Assembly (NCBI GenBank): GCA_963772725.1
Contig: CAVYYI010000003.1
Coordinates: forward strand, 32,001 to 96,000
Reading direction: 5' to 3'
DNA length: 64,000 bases
DNA from: an uncultured Phycisphaerales bacterium
GTDB taxonomy: Bacteria > Planctomycetota > Phycisphaerae > Sedimentisphaerales > Anaerobacaceae
Each line of letters begins with the position of its first letter. The first letter of the stretch is position 1. Below, in pieces: positions 25,258 to 35,409 of the stretch. The translations under genes were made by a program, and so were the position numbers. The notes under the pieces were generated by a model. It saw only the letters and a list, made by a program, of their open reading frames with translations, did not search any database and was not told where the DNA came from.

Positions 25258-27369
25258 ATGTACGAAAAAAAAATTAAAATCTTTATTGTTTTAGGCCTTA
25301 TCGCCCTATCTGTCTGCATAGCAGGACTGATTAACCTTCAGCTCCTTTCAGGCTCGTACTACCTCACGAAAATCGAGGACATGAAAGAGCAAAAAGGTTA
25401 TTCAAAACAGTTCAAAACACTCCGCGGCAAAATTCTCGACAGAAAAGGCAGGATAATTGCCGAAGACCGCCTGAGATTTCAGGTGCAGATTAACTACTCT
25501 CTTACCCGCTATTGGGACGAACGCATCCAGCGAGCCGAATTACTCACCGCCTCACTCGCGAAAAAACCAGACGAGGCAATCAGCGGGACATCCGAAAAAA
25601 TCGAAAACAGCATCAGAGATTTACAGCACGTGATAGATAAGTGCGCTCAATTCGGCATGAGCCGTGCTGATATCGAAAATAAAATCAGGACAATCAACGA
25701 CCAGGTATGGAACACCTCAACCATCATCGCCTGGGTACGAAATTATTCCAATCCCGACATTTTAAAAACTTACAATAACGACCCTGAGTCTATACCTCTT
25801 TCCGCAATATTTGCCGACTTCCGGCAAAAAGAGCCTAACGAAAATAAACGCCTTCTGGCCATTGTCAAAGCCGCCGATACCGCTGACTCACAAAAAGACT
25901 GGCCTTTGATGGATTTGAAAACAGATGAAGAATTATTTTCCGCCCAGCTGGAATTTATGGATATAACCGGCGTTAACGTTAAGGCCGAACTGTACCGATT
26001 CTATCCTTTCAACTCCGCCGCCTGCCAGACAATAGGTTGGGTGGCCCCCATTCAAAATGATGATAAAAATCTCTTCGGCGATGACCCCCTGCTCAAGTAT
26101 CAGGACAGCGACTTTTGCGGCAAGGAAGACGGGATAGAATATGTTTGCGAACCAATTCTGCGAGGCAAACGCGGCAGAGTTATTTATGATATAGATAAAA
26201 AACTGGTAAATCAAACCGATACCCAGTTCGGAAAAGATGTCCGGCTGACTCTCGATATTGAGCTTCAGCAAAAAATTGAACAATACTTTTTAAATCCCGA
26301 ATTCAACCCAAATCATAAATCGCCGTGCGCAGCGGCAGTTCTTGACATCGCCACAGGAGAAATTCTGGCGCTAGTCTCAACGCCCGTTTTCGATTTGAAC
26401 CGTATCCGTTATGATTACGGCAAATTCGCTCCAGACCCCTGCGGCCCTTTGAAAAACCGGGCGATAAACGAACAGTATCCGCCAGGCTCTGTCATAAAAC
26501 CTTTAATTCTTATCGCGGGACTGGAGACAAACAAAATCGGCGCCAATGAGCCGATTTCCTGCCCCGGACACGCCCCGCCCAAAGGCTGGCCTCAATGCTG
26601 GATACAGAAAAAAAATTCATGGCAGGGTCACGACGACCTCTGGGGGCAGGGTCAAAATATCGGCCGCAATGCCCTTAAAGGAAGCTGCAATGCCTATTTC
26701 TCGCATCTGGCCGATAGAATCGAGCCGCTGAGTTTGCAGAAATTCCTGTTCAATTTCGGTTACGGCCGCGAAATATTGTTCTGCGCCGATGAAACCGAAA
26801 AAAAAGAACTCGAGCGAAATTTAAGGCAGCCTTGCGGGGCCATATCTAATGTCAATACAAGAGTAACAATTACTGATTTCAATCAAATTCCCCCGCTTAA
26901 CCCATCGGAAAGAAGATGGTTCGGCATAGGACAGGGCAGTTTGCGTGTTACCCCGCTGCAGGTCGCCGGCGCGATGGCCTCCATTGCCAGGGGCGGAATA
27001 TTCAAAACCCCCTGCCTGATTGATAACTCAAACAAATCCGCATCGGTATCGCTCAATATCTCCCCGCAAACGCTCTACGTCGTCCGGGATGGTATGTCTG
27101 CCGTTGTCAACGAAACAGGTGGAACAGCTTATGAACAGTTCGCTTACTCCAATTTTACCGCACAGGGTGTAAAAGTTTACGGCAAGACAGGCTCAACCGA
27201 ACGGCCTTTTCACGCGTGGTTCGCGGGCTTTGCCGAAAATGGCACTGGACACGGCATCGCCCTGGCGGTTATCGTCGAGGGCGGCCAGCACGGCGCCACA
27301 GACGCCGGCCCCCTGACTAAAGAAATAATCCAATTCTGCCTCGACGCCGGTTATATCGTCCCCCGCTGA
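25258..27369 (+). CDS. mrdA: Class B penicillin-binding protein (PBP2-like)
   Basis: RGKILDRKG, PGSVIK (SxxK), SCN, KTG; follows mreD. Confidence 0.88.
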   Translation: MYEKKIKIFIVLGLIALSVCIAGLINLQLLSGSYYLTKIEDMKEQKGYSKQFKTLRGKILDRKGRIIAEDRLRFQVQINYSLTRYWDERIQRAELLTASLAKKPDEAISGTSEKIENSIRDLQHVIDKCAQFGMSRADIENKIRTINDQVWNTSTIIAWVRNYSNPDILKTYNNDPESIPLSAIFADFRQKEPNENKRLLAIVKAADTADSQKDWPLMDLKTDEELFSAQLEFMDITGVNVKAELYRFYPFNSAACQTIGWVAPIQNDDKNLFGDDPLLKYQDSDFCGKEDGIEYVCEPILRGKRGRVIYDIDKKLVNQTDTQFGKDVRLTLDIELQQKIEQYFLNPEFNPNHKSPCAAAVLDIATGEILALVSTPVFDLNRIRYDYGKFAPDPCGPLKNRAINEQYPPGSVIKPLILIAGLETNKIGANEPISCPGHAPPKGWPQCWIQKKNSWQGHDDLWGQGQNIGRNALKGSCNAYFSHLADRIEPLSLQKFLFNFGYGREILFCADETEKKELERNLRQPCGAISNVNTRVTITDFNQIPPLNPSERRWFGIGQGSLRVTPLQVAGAMASIARGGIFKTPCLIDNSNKSASVSLNISPQTLYVVRDGMSAVVNETGGTAYEQFAYSNFTAQGVKVYGKTGSTERPFHAWFAGFAENGTGHGIALAVIVEGGQHGATDAGPLTKEIIQFCLDAGYIVPR

Positions 27370-27465
27370 GTGGTCAGCAAAAATAAATCTGCACCAGGAA
27401 AGATTTTCCTCGCACTTTAGGGGCGGGAAGTTATCATTATATACAATTGCGGTATAATTTCTGTC

Positions 27466-27530
27466 GTCATACCTGCGAAAGCAGGTATCCAGTTTTCAGA
27501 GTTTGGATTCCCGCTTTCGCGGGAATGACA
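27466..27530. repeat. REP-like double palindrome, copy 1
   Basis: GTCATACCTGCGAAAGCAGGTATCCA-spacer-TGGATTCCCGCTTTCGCGGGAATGACA. Confidence 0.85.
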
Positions 27531-27569
27531 AGAAAAAAGAATAATGGGAAGAATAGAAGGAGTATAAAA

Positions 27570-28316
27570 ATGTACTGTCCAAAATGCGGAAAAGAAAATC
27601 CTGATAATGCCAAATTATGCCAATCGTGCAGTTGGGTACTTTCGAGCATTGCCGCAACCGCACCCAATCCCAATGCCCAAACAAGCGGCCTGGCCATTAC
27701 TTCGCTGGTACTGGGTATCCTGAGCTTATTTACTTTTTTCATTACCGCTCTGCCAGCGATAATCTGTGGAATCATCAGTCTGGTTAAAATTGAAAAAAGC
27801 AAGGGCACCCTTAAAGGCAAGGGGCTGGCCATTGCAGGTATTGTCACGCCCGGCGTAATGCTGCCGTTATTTGCCCTTTTACTTGGAATTTTAATGCCTG
27901 CTCTTGCAAAAACCAGGACTATTGCATATCGAATGGTCTGCGGCGCCAATATATCCGGCTTGGGCAAAGCGATGATAATTTATGCTGATGATTTCAACGA
28001 TACTTATCCCGATAGTTCCAAATGGTGTGATTTGCTCGTCAAATACGTAGACGTAACGGAGAAAAGTTTTCATTGCCCCGGCAACAGTTCTAAAGGCAGT
28101 TGCGATTACGCTATGAATAAAAATATTGAAAAAATTGGCACGATGGCTCCTCCCGATATTGTATTACTATTTGAAAGCACTCCCGGCTGGAATCAGTCCG
28201 GCGGTCCAGAACTCCTGACTACAAAAAATCATAAAGGTGAAGGCTGCAACATATTATTCAATGGCGGACACGTAGCATTTATTCAAACCGAAGATATTAA
28301 TGACCTCAAATGGTAA
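27570..28316 (+). CDS. Zinc-ribbon + DUF4190-like membrane protein with an H-X9-DG-like C-terminus
   Basis: MYCPKCGKEN..CQSC, TSGLAITSLVLGILS, KGKGLAIAGIV, LMPALAKTR...C, HKGEGCNILFNGGH; SD AAGGAG. Confidence 0.82.
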   Translation: MYCPKCGKENPDNAKLCQSCSWVLSSIAATAPNPNAQTSGLAITSLVLGILSLFTFFITALPAIICGIISLVKIEKSKGTLKGKGLAIAGIVTPGVMLPLFALLLGILMPALAKTRTIAYRMVCGANISGLGKAMIIYADDFNDTYPDSSKWCDLLVKYVDVTEKSFHCPGNSSKGSCDYAMNKNIEKIGTMAPPDIVLLFESTPGWNQSGGPELLTTKNHKGEGCNILFNGGHVAFIQTEDINDLKW

Positions 28317-28347
28317 GCCAAATCGAAACGGTAATTGCAAATTTAAC

Positions 28348-29874
28348 GACTCTGTAGCATCTTTACCGGCAACATACCATTCCAGTCCTCTCATTATGAA
28401 GCATTGTTATAGTTTGTAAACGGCCTTGGGACTGCTCGTCACGCTGCATATCAATGGCCACACGCTGGCTAATATGGTCTTGAGTTCGCACTCTATAGAC
28501 ACTCTTTTGCATCTTTCGATGACGACGATAACCTCGTTCAACCGCGTTGGATGTCGATGGCAGTTGTGAATCATCGAGAAAGGTCAACGCCTTTTCAATA
28601 TTCGGCGTAAATAGTTTCTTAAGAGTTTGACCCAACGTTTTGAATCGTCGAACATGGCGGCGCAAGACAGCCAACCTTTCCAAGGCTGTTTCCGTGCGGC
28701 AACGGCGATCAAAGAGTCTGTAGACCTGATCCATGATCGAACGTAAATTTTTCAGATTGTGGCATTTTCGCGTTATACGTGAGAATATCTTCTTGTCTGC
28801 CTTACTGAGCGAATGCTGCACAAACAAGTGTCGATGCTCAAACAAATCGGCAATCTCATCGGTCTGTTTTTTCTTTCGAGATGCCGCTTTTCTCGCGGTC
28901 GAGGACGATGGACGGCCGCGTTGCAGCTTGGGCAGCTTCTTTTTGAGTTCTCGTCGCACCCGCGTAACAGCTTTGAGTATTTCTCTATTGATCTCCTTGA
29001 GAACATGAAATTCACATACCTGGTGGGCAACACCGGGGAATATCAGAGCCAGCGGCTCCGGGTATAACGGCGAGCCATCGGTCGTAACACCAAGCAGTGT
29101 CAGACCTCTTTGATCCAGTTCCGTACGGAACCGACGAAAGAAGTTTATCATATCTTCATGGGTGGGATTATGGTCAAGAACATCGTAAATGAGCCGTTTG
29201 AACGTGCGGTTATCCACGATGGACAATACACAGAACGGCCCATCATATAATTCATCCGCCGCGATATAACCGGAGAAATCAGTCAGAACACCATCAAGGT
29301 ATTCAGCAGTAATTCGTTTCTCAGCTTTTTCCCCCGTCGCTTCAACCCAGTTTTGAATTGTAGCCCAGGGGACGAAAACCCGATGATCTCGCCATAAGTG
29401 CCAGGATGCCGGCCGATATGGCAGGCCGTCTTCCACAACCAATCGCACTGCCAGGTGAACAACCCGGCGGGTATAGTGGCAGCCGGGATCCGCAAGGTCG
29501 CACAGGTCGGCATTGAAGTACTTCTTGCATTTTGAACAGCAGTGCTGTGAATAACTGACCCAAAGGTCGATCGGACGGTTGCCAGCCAAGTCTCCGAGGT
29601 CATGCAGTTTTCGTCTGAATATTTTGTCCCGATAGGATGGGTGGCCGCAATAGGGGCACGGACGCTTTTTGTATGTGCGTGAAAGTCGTTTGATTTTAGC
29701 TTTGGGTAAATCTTTAACACACGTAATACCTTCCGTTACATCCGATACATATTCACCTGGCCCAGCCATAATCGTGTCTCCTGAAAAATTCAGTTTATTT
29801 CTGTTCTTCCAGGAGTTTTATCGGCTAAGACACCAAGATTTCCTTAAATATACCGGTATTTATGCTACAGTCAC
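28348..29874 (-). mobile_element. Insertion sequence, ISL3-like (copy 1), 8-bp TSD AATTTAAC
   Basis: Imperfect 22-bp IRs GACTCTGTAGCATCTTTACCGG / GTGACTGTAGCATAAATACCGG; TSD at 28340-28347 and 29875-29882. Confidence 0.9.
28363..29769 (-). CDS. DDE transposase with N-terminal zinc finger (intact, 468 aa)
   Basis: CPYCG...CSKC, ADELY, TTDG, CEFH, TSNAVER. Confidence 0.9.
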   Translation of the reverse strand: MAGPGEYVSDVTEGITCVKDLPKAKIKRLSRTYKKRPCPYCGHPSYRDKIFRRKLHDLGDLAGNRPIDLWVSYSQHCCSKCKKYFNADLCDLADPGCHYTRRVVHLAVRLVVEDGLPYRPASWHLWRDHRVFVPWATIQNWVEATGEKAEKRITAEYLDGVLTDFSGYIAADELYDGPFCVLSIVDNRTFKRLIYDVLDHNPTHEDMINFFRRFRTELDQRGLTLLGVTTDGSPLYPEPLALIFPGVAHQVCEFHVLKEINREILKAVTRVRRELKKKLPKLQRGRPSSSTARKAASRKKKQTDEIADLFEHRHLFVQHSLSKADKKIFSRITRKCHNLKNLRSIMDQVYRLFDRRCRTETALERLAVLRRHVRRFKTLGQTLKKLFTPNIEKALTFLDDSQLPSTSNAVERGYRRHRKMQKSVYRVRTQDHISQRVAIDMQRDEQSQGRLQTITMLHNERTGMVCCR

Positions 29875-29877
29875 AAT

Positions 29878-30957
29878 TTAACAAATATTAACACGACATG
29901 ATAAATTAAGCTTGTTCAGTTCCCCCTGCAGGATTTGGAAGAACTTTTTGTTATCAGGCCAAATGATTTTATCATCGGTCGGATAAGGTTTGGCAAGCTC
30001 CTTGTTGAACCGTTTAATCGCGTCCTCGTCCAGTTTGTCCGCGGAAATACCCAAGCCCAGTTTTTCCGCATAGTAAGCGTTGACAATCTGCTCATACTGC
30101 CCCGCAAGAGGTAAAAGAAGCATCTTCTTTTTCAGATACATACACTCACTCATCAGCGAAAAACCCGCCGACGCGATAACCCCGCCGCCAGAGGCGACAT
30201 CAGTCAAAAAACCCTCTGTCGAACGTTTTTTGAATACGCAGTTGCCCGACTGGGAATCCTCATTAAACCCGTAAATATAAAATTTGCTGTCCGCGAATTT
30301 ATTGAGAAGCTCAACCTGTTCATTTTTTTTCTGTCCGGTAGTGGAATACAAAACAAGATGCTTTCCCTGCGTTGGTTTTAATGCTGTAACTTCAGGCCTA
30401 ATCACCGGCGGCACAAGAACCGCAGAATAACCACGCAAAGGCACATCAAAAAAGCTGAAAATGATATAGCAGGCCGCCCCCGTATAATAATATTTTGTAA
30501 CGAGCCTTGCATTAGTCCTCGTAAACAGTGTTTTGGGCTTATTCTCCAGTTTGCCTATCGTAAGAATATGCTCGTTGTCGATGCTGATAAACGGAACTCC
30601 ATTGCGTTTGGCCCAGCGTGCGCTGAAAGGCTCAAAATCCGATATGACCATATCCGGCTTAAAAGGCACGAAATAATTTTTGTAAAGCGCCGCGTTCAGT
30701 TTTCTTCCCGCACGCAATGTAAGCAGGTTTTTTTTCACCGTCTGAAGCGGGTCAACATAACCATCATCATACGCGAATGAAAGACCGTAAATCTCCTTCA
30801 CGCTGTCGCCGAAATATTCCGTAAGATATACCAGAGAACTCTTTGAGCCGACAAACATCACGTCGTTACCGGCTTCGATAAGTCTCTGGCCTATCAGTTG
30901 CGAACGGCTGCTGTGCCCGAATCCTTCGCCTGCTACTCCATAAATTATTTTCGCCAT
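29878..30957 (-). CDS. Glycosyltransferase (MJ1255/VC2487-like, GT-B)
   Basis: MAKIIYGVAGEGFGHSSR, ISDFEP, AGFSLMSE, GQYEQIVNA. Confidence 0.85.
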   Translation of the reverse strand: MAKIIYGVAGEGFGHSSRSQLIGQRLIEAGNDVMFVGSKSSLVYLTEYFGDSVKEIYGLSFAYDDGYVDPLQTVKKNLLTLRAGRKLNAALYKNYFVPFKPDMVISDFEPFSARWAKRNGVPFISIDNEHILTIGKLENKPKTLFTRTNARLVTKYYYTGAACYIIFSFFDVPLRGYSAVLVPPVIRPEVTALKPTQGKHLVLYSTTGQKKNEQVELLNKFADSKFYIYGFNEDSQSGNCVFKKRSTEGFLTDVASGGGVIASAGFSLMSECMYLKKKMLLLPLAGQYEQIVNAYYAEKLGLGISADKLDEDAIKRFNKELAKPYPTDDKIIWPDNKKFFQILQGELNKLNLSCRVNIC

Positions 30958-30980
30958 AAAACTCTTTCGGTTTCCTTTTT

Positions 30981-31040
30981 TGTCATTCCCGCAAAAGCGG
31001 GAATCCATAAAAAATAGATACCTGCTTTCGCAGGTATGAC
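30981..31040. repeat. REP-like double palindrome, copy 2 (inverted relative to copy 1)
   Basis: TGTCATTCCCGCAAAAGCGGGAATCCA-spacer-TAGATACCTGCTTTCGCAGGTATGAC. Confidence 0.85.
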
Positions 31041-31116
31041 AGAAAATGATTATTCATTCAAATCATGACAATTGGATAATATATTCCCTTTTCTCTTTTT
31101 GTACAACTCTTATGAA

Positions 31117-32814
31117 TTATAAATTATTATTTTCCAGGTATGTCAGCGTTTTTTCTATTATTTTACCTGCAACAGGCGCAGCTACCGCACCGCCGGTATA
31201 CCCCTTGCCAAGCTTTTTGTTGGGTTTGCGAACCGATACAAGAACGACAATCCTCGGATTCTCAGCAGGCGCTCCCGCCAAAAATGATGCCATATAATTA
31301 TCACCCGAATATCCTCTTACATTTGCCTGGGCAATGTTAGCCGTTCCGGTCTTTCCGAACACCTGCCATTTTTCAAGCTTCGCAGGTTTGCCCGTACCTT
31401 CGTTGACCACGTCAGTCAGTGCTTCGGTAACAAGCCATTTGGCAATTTCCGGCCTTATAATATAACCCACAGGCGGTGTCGGCTGCCTGAATTTTACTAT
31501 ATGACCATCCTTATCCACCGCCGCTTTAACAAGATATGGCTTAACACTCTTGCCGCCGTTGGCAATAATCGCAAATGAGCGTATTAACTGCATCGCTGTT
31601 ACTGTAATCTCCTGGCCAAACGGTATTCTCGTTACACTGTACCCTGTCCATCTACTCGCGGGCCAAACAAGTCCGTCCGCCTCGCCCGGTAAATCCAGGC
31701 CCGTCTTTTCGCCGAAACCGAACAGCTTAAGACCCGCATAAAGTTTGTTCTTGCCAAGTTTCTGGCCTATTTTGGCCATCCCTATATTGCTTGAGTGAAT
31801 CAGGATTCCTTTAACCGTCATACTGCCGTACCGGTGATTACTGTACTCGCTGATTGTCCCAAAACCTTTGCCGTGATAGCTGCCGTTTTCACAGTCTATC
31901 ACTGTGTTTCGGCTGATTGCGTTGGCGTCAAGAGCGATAGCCGCTATCATCGGCTTAATAACACTGCCAGGCTCGAATTCATCGGTTATAGCCCTGTTCT
32001 TTAAATGGTCGGTCTCCGTCGATGAAAATTCGTTAGGGTCATAATCCGGCAGCGATACCATCGCCAATACAGCACCGGTATAAGGGTCCATCACTATCGC
32101 CACCGCCGACTCCGCCTGATATGCCTTGTATTGCTCCATCAGTTCATCACGGGTAAACGCCTGAATCGCTGAATCAATAGTCAGAATCAATCCAGTGCCG
32201 TCCCTCAATTCGCGGGTCTGCTCTTTGAATTTAATCGGCCGGCGAGATATATCCGCAAAAAATACATCCTGACCGGACGAACCTCGCAGTTCCTTGTCAA
32301 ACTGCAGTTCAACCCCGCCAAAGCCGTAATTATCCTTACTTATAAAACCCACAACATGTGACACAAGCCGCCCCATCGGATAGTTCCGGTACCAATCCGA
32401 CTGAACCCCGATGCCCACAATTTTAGAAACTGCCTTGCATTCATCCTGACTGACCCCTGTCTTAATCTTCACAAAACGTGGGTTTTTGCTCTCAGAGATA
32501 AGCCTGTAAATCTCACGTGCGTCCATATTGAGAATTTTACTGAGTTTAACAGAAACATCCTCTATATTTATTATCTCCTTTGGGTCGGCAAAAATTGTCT
32601 GAATCTTCGGACTGGCAGCAAGCACCCTCGCGCGGCAGTCGAGAATCACTCCCCGCTGCGGCATCTGAGGCACTAATATCCGCTGCGTCTTTTCGGACAG
32701 GTCGATGTAATGCTCGCTCCTGAAGTATTGTAAATACAAACACCGCCCCGCCAGCGACACAAACGCCGCTATCAAAAAAAACAAAAAGAAAATTACTATT
32801 CGAACGTTCTTCAA
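31117..32814 (-). CDS. ftsI: Class B penicillin-binding protein (FtsI/PBP3-like)
   Basis: RGVILD, RNYPMG, EPGSVIK, SSNIG, KTGTA; dcw position; TTG start inferred. Confidence 0.88.
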   Translation of the reverse strand: MKNVRIVIFFLFFLIAAFVSLAGRCLYLQYFRSEHYIDLSEKTQRILVPQMPQRGVILDCRARVLAASPKIQTIFADPKEIINIEDVSVKLSKILNMDAREIYRLISESKNPRFVKIKTGVSQDECKAVSKIVGIGVQSDWYRNYPMGRLVSHVVGFISKDNYGFGGVELQFDKELRGSSGQDVFFADISRRPIKFKEQTRELRDGTGLILTIDSAIQAFTRDELMEQYKAYQAESAVAIVMDPYTGAVLAMVSLPDYDPNEFSSTETDHLKNRAITDEFEPGSVIKPMIAAIALDANAISRNTVIDCENGSYHGKGFGTISEYSNHRYGSMTVKGILIHSSNIGMAKIGQKLGKNKLYAGLKLFGFGEKTGLDLPGEADGLVWPASRWTGYSVTRIPFGQEITVTAMQLIRSFAIIANGGKSVKPYLVKAAVDKDGHIVKFRQPTPPVGYIIRPEIAKWLVTEALTDVVNEGTGKPAKLEKWQVFGKTGTANIAQANVRGYSGDNYMASFLAGAPAENPRIVVLVSVRKPNKKLGKGYTGGAVAAPVAGKIIEKTLTYLENNNL

Positions 32815-32943
32815 TTCACTCAATCTGACCGATTTATTGCAAAAACCAATTTTAGCTATTATGTAAAAGCCGATTATGTAAAACAACATCCCGGTGAAGT
32901 CGGGATTCCGCAATTTTACATTTTGAGTTTTAAATTTCCAAAA

Positions 32944-33165
32944 CTATTCTTTTAGACGTTTTGAAACAGCGGCGGGATTTATCAGGCTTTCCATTTCCAA
33001 TTGTTTGCGCCAGATTTGCTGCTTTAAACGGCTTTGCTCCGCCGTAATGATATAAAGTTTATATAGCGAGCGATTCTGTGAATTGCGGACATAAACCGTA
33101 AAAATAGAGACAGCGGTCAAACAAAAAATTACGAAACAAAGTCGCAGCCTCATATATAAATCCAA
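32944..33165 (-). CDS. FtsL-like small bitopic coiled-coil protein
   Basis: TM, then EQSRLKQQIWRKQLEMESLINP; sits directly upstream of ftsI. Confidence 0.65.
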   Translation of the reverse strand: MDLYMRLRLCFVIFCLTAVSIFTVYVRNSQNRSLYKLYIITAEQSRLKQQIWRKQLEMESLINPAAVSKRLKE

Positions 33166-33172
33166 AATAAAA

Positions 33173-34075
33173 TCAGCGGGAGGGGATTTTCAGTTTTGTC
33201 CCTGCTGTAAGATTGTCCTGGTCTTTTATCGTACCGGCGTTTAATTTCGCTATCTCGGCGTATCTGTTACCGTTACCAAGCTTATCGGCCGCTATACGCC
33301 ACAAGTTGTCGCCTTCACGAACAACATACAGACTGCCGCTACTCTCTGTTGTTGTTTTATTCGATGGCTGGGCGACTGAATGCATCTGGCCAATGGATTC
33401 AACGGTTCGAAACAAATCCTCCGATAGAAAACCGGCTTGAGAACTGGCAGTCTGGCCGCTGGTTTGTATAGAGGGTATGATAAGTTTCTGGCCGACACGA
33501 ATTTCATCCATTGATCTTAGCGTCTTACGATTTGCCTCGAACAGCTTGCTAAGCGTCGCTTTTTTATTTCCAGCGGTACTGCCGTAGAACTTCTTGGCTA
33601 TCGTTACCAGGCTATCCCCGCTGGCTACGGTATATGTTTTGAACTCACTGGCCTGGCTTGGCGTGGTGTCGATAACCTCCGGTTTGCCTGAATCCGCCAG
33701 CGGCGGCGCTACGACTTCCTGTGCCGCTGTTTGAATCTCCCTTGTTTGCACCGCACCTGGAACATTAGACGTATTCTCGACAACAGCAGACTCAGTCGCC
33801 TGGCTGCCCGGCAGATTACCCTGCTGGCCTTCTCCAGTTTGTACCGGTACATTAAGAGACGGTGGTGGAATCATCGCTCTTTCGCGATTAATGATTGCGC
33901 TGTTACCTATATCTCCGGTTATTCCCGGCGGATTATTTTGAGAACTGACCATCGCCTGGGTTAATTCGTTATTACTCTTATGCTTATTAAATGAAGGAAG
34001 ACCGTTAATCACAAATGCGATAATAAATATAAATACCAAACCCAGCAGCAATCCAATTTTTGCGTCAGAAGTCAT
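33173..34075 (-). CDS. Membrane-anchored protein with two LysM domains
   Basis: N-terminal TM; YTVASGDSLVTIAKKFYG and YVVREGDNLWRIAADKLG. Confidence 0.9.
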   Translation of the reverse strand: MTSDAKIGLLLGLVFIFIIAFVINGLPSFNKHKSNNELTQAMVSSQNNPPGITGDIGNSAIINRERAMIPPPSLNVPVQTGEGQQGNLPGSQATESAVVENTSNVPGAVQTREIQTAAQEVVAPPLADSGKPEVIDTTPSQASEFKTYTVASGDSLVTIAKKFYGSTAGNKKATLSKLFEANRKTLRSMDEIRVGQKLIIPSIQTSGQTASSQAGFLSEDLFRTVESIGQMHSVAQPSNKTTTESSGSLYVVREGDNLWRIAADKLGNGNRYAEIAKLNAGTIKDQDNLTAGTKLKIPSR

Positions 34076-34147
34076 TTTTGAAACTCCATTTCCATTTTTT
34101 TTAACTCTTATTTTGTCAATCCGTCGGAAAACCTTTTCCCGCCAGCA

Positions 34148-35065
34148 TTATTGTCTTTGTGCGATTCTCAGCTTCGCGCTCCTGGCCCGCGGATTATCAG
34201 CGGTCTCCTGCTCACTTGCCTCAACCGGTTTTTTCGTGATAATCCTGTAAAACCCGTTCTTTTCGTTTTCCTTAAAATTCAGCTTAACCATCCGGTCTTC
34301 AAGGCTGTGAAAACTTATAACCGCCGCGAAACCGTCCTTTTTTAACAAATCAGGCATCTGCTCAAGCAAGCTTCTTAAATTCTCAAGCTCATCGTTGACC
34401 GCTATTCTCAACGCCTGAAACGTTCTCGTCGCCGGATGTATCCTGTTCCTGTGACCCTGGCCTGACTGTCCAAGCGCCCTGCTAACTATCGCGGCCAACT
34501 GACCAGTTGTCGTTATCTTCTCTTTGCGCCTATGCTCCGCTATAAACCTCGCTATCCTTCGCGAGGCCCTGTCCTCACCATATTTATATATCAAATCAGC
34601 TAAGTTTCTTTCGTCCGTCTTATTAACTATATCGGCCGCAGTAATCTTCGTTCTTTTGTCTATTCTCATATCCAGCGGCATATTTGTTTGAAAGCTAAGC
34701 CCAAATTCGCTGTCCGCCAATTGTGCCGAGCTGACCCCTAAATCCGCCAATATGAAATCGGCCTTTTCCACTCCCTGGCCGCGAATCGCCTGGCCTATCT
34801 GAGAAAAATTCGCCTGAACCAAAATTACCTTACATAAAAGACCCTTCAATTTCTCGCGGGCATAAGTCAATGCCTTCTCATCGACATCCAGCCCAATCAA
34901 AATTCCGCCATGACCCAAACTATGGCCGAACAGTAAACTGTGACCTCCTTGTCCCACAGTCGCATCGACCATTACCGCATCCTGCGGCAAGTTTATCTGT
35001 TCGGCCAGCATCCTTGCCAACACAGGTATATGCTCTACCGAACTTTCCTTATCTAAACCAGCAAT
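34148..35065 (-). CDS. rsmH: 16S rRNA m4C1402 methyltransferase
   Basis: HIPVL, DATVGQGGHS, DLGVSSAQL, PLDMRID, HPATRTFQALRI, ISFHSLEDR, NPRARSAKLR; start placed at ATT 35065 by inference. Confidence 0.95.
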   Translation of the reverse strand: MAGLDKESSVEHIPVLARMLAEQINLPQDAVMVDATVGQGGHSLLFGHSLGHGGILIGLDVDEKALTYAREKLKGLLCKVILVQANFSQIGQAIRGQGVEKADFILADLGVSSAQLADSEFGLSFQTNMPLDMRIDKRTKITAADIVNKTDERNLADLIYKYGEDRASRRIARFIAEHRRKEKITTTGQLAAIVSRALGQSGQGHRNRIHPATRTFQALRIAVNDELENLRSLLEQMPDLLKKDGFAAVISFHSLEDRMVKLNFKENEKNGFYRIITKKPVEASEQETADNPRARSAKLRIAQRQ

Positions 35066-35145
35066 ACCGTTCTCCTGAAATCAGCATTTGGCTTAAGCAG
35101 CAATCGCTCCTGACGTGCCAAAACCAACGCCGCCTTTCTTAACAA

Positions 35146-35352
35146 TTAGACTGTTACAAAATTCCTCTGCTTTGCGAGCTTTTTCACTGCGGGCGAAAAG
35201 GCTATCTCACCGAAATCCACGCCTAATTTTTTCACACGCTCAAGCCGTTCTCCCAAAATGGCCAGTGAAATAAAGGTTTGTTCGTCAACCGCTTTTTCTC
35301 CGCTGATACTCTCTCGCAACGTTTTATAAAGATTAAAGTCCATTTCACTCAT
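35146..35352 (-). CDS. Small hypothetical protein between mraZ and rsmH
   Basis: 68-aa ORF with strong SD (GGAGG), co-oriented in the operon. Confidence 0.7.
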   Translation of the reverse strand: MSEMDFNLYKTLRESISGEKAVDEQTFISLAILGERLERVKKLGVDFGEIAFSPAVKKLAKQRNFVTV

Positions 35353-35409
35353 CTTTAGCCTCCATTCTTAACTTTTAATTATTTGTTAAAGTTCGCTCTT
35401 TATAACTTT

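Noticed and set aside
27447..27569. N-terminal extensions containing WIPAFAGMT (27447) or MDSRFCGND (31008)
   Set aside because: These are translations of the REP-like palindromes; better starts lie at 27570 and 30957.
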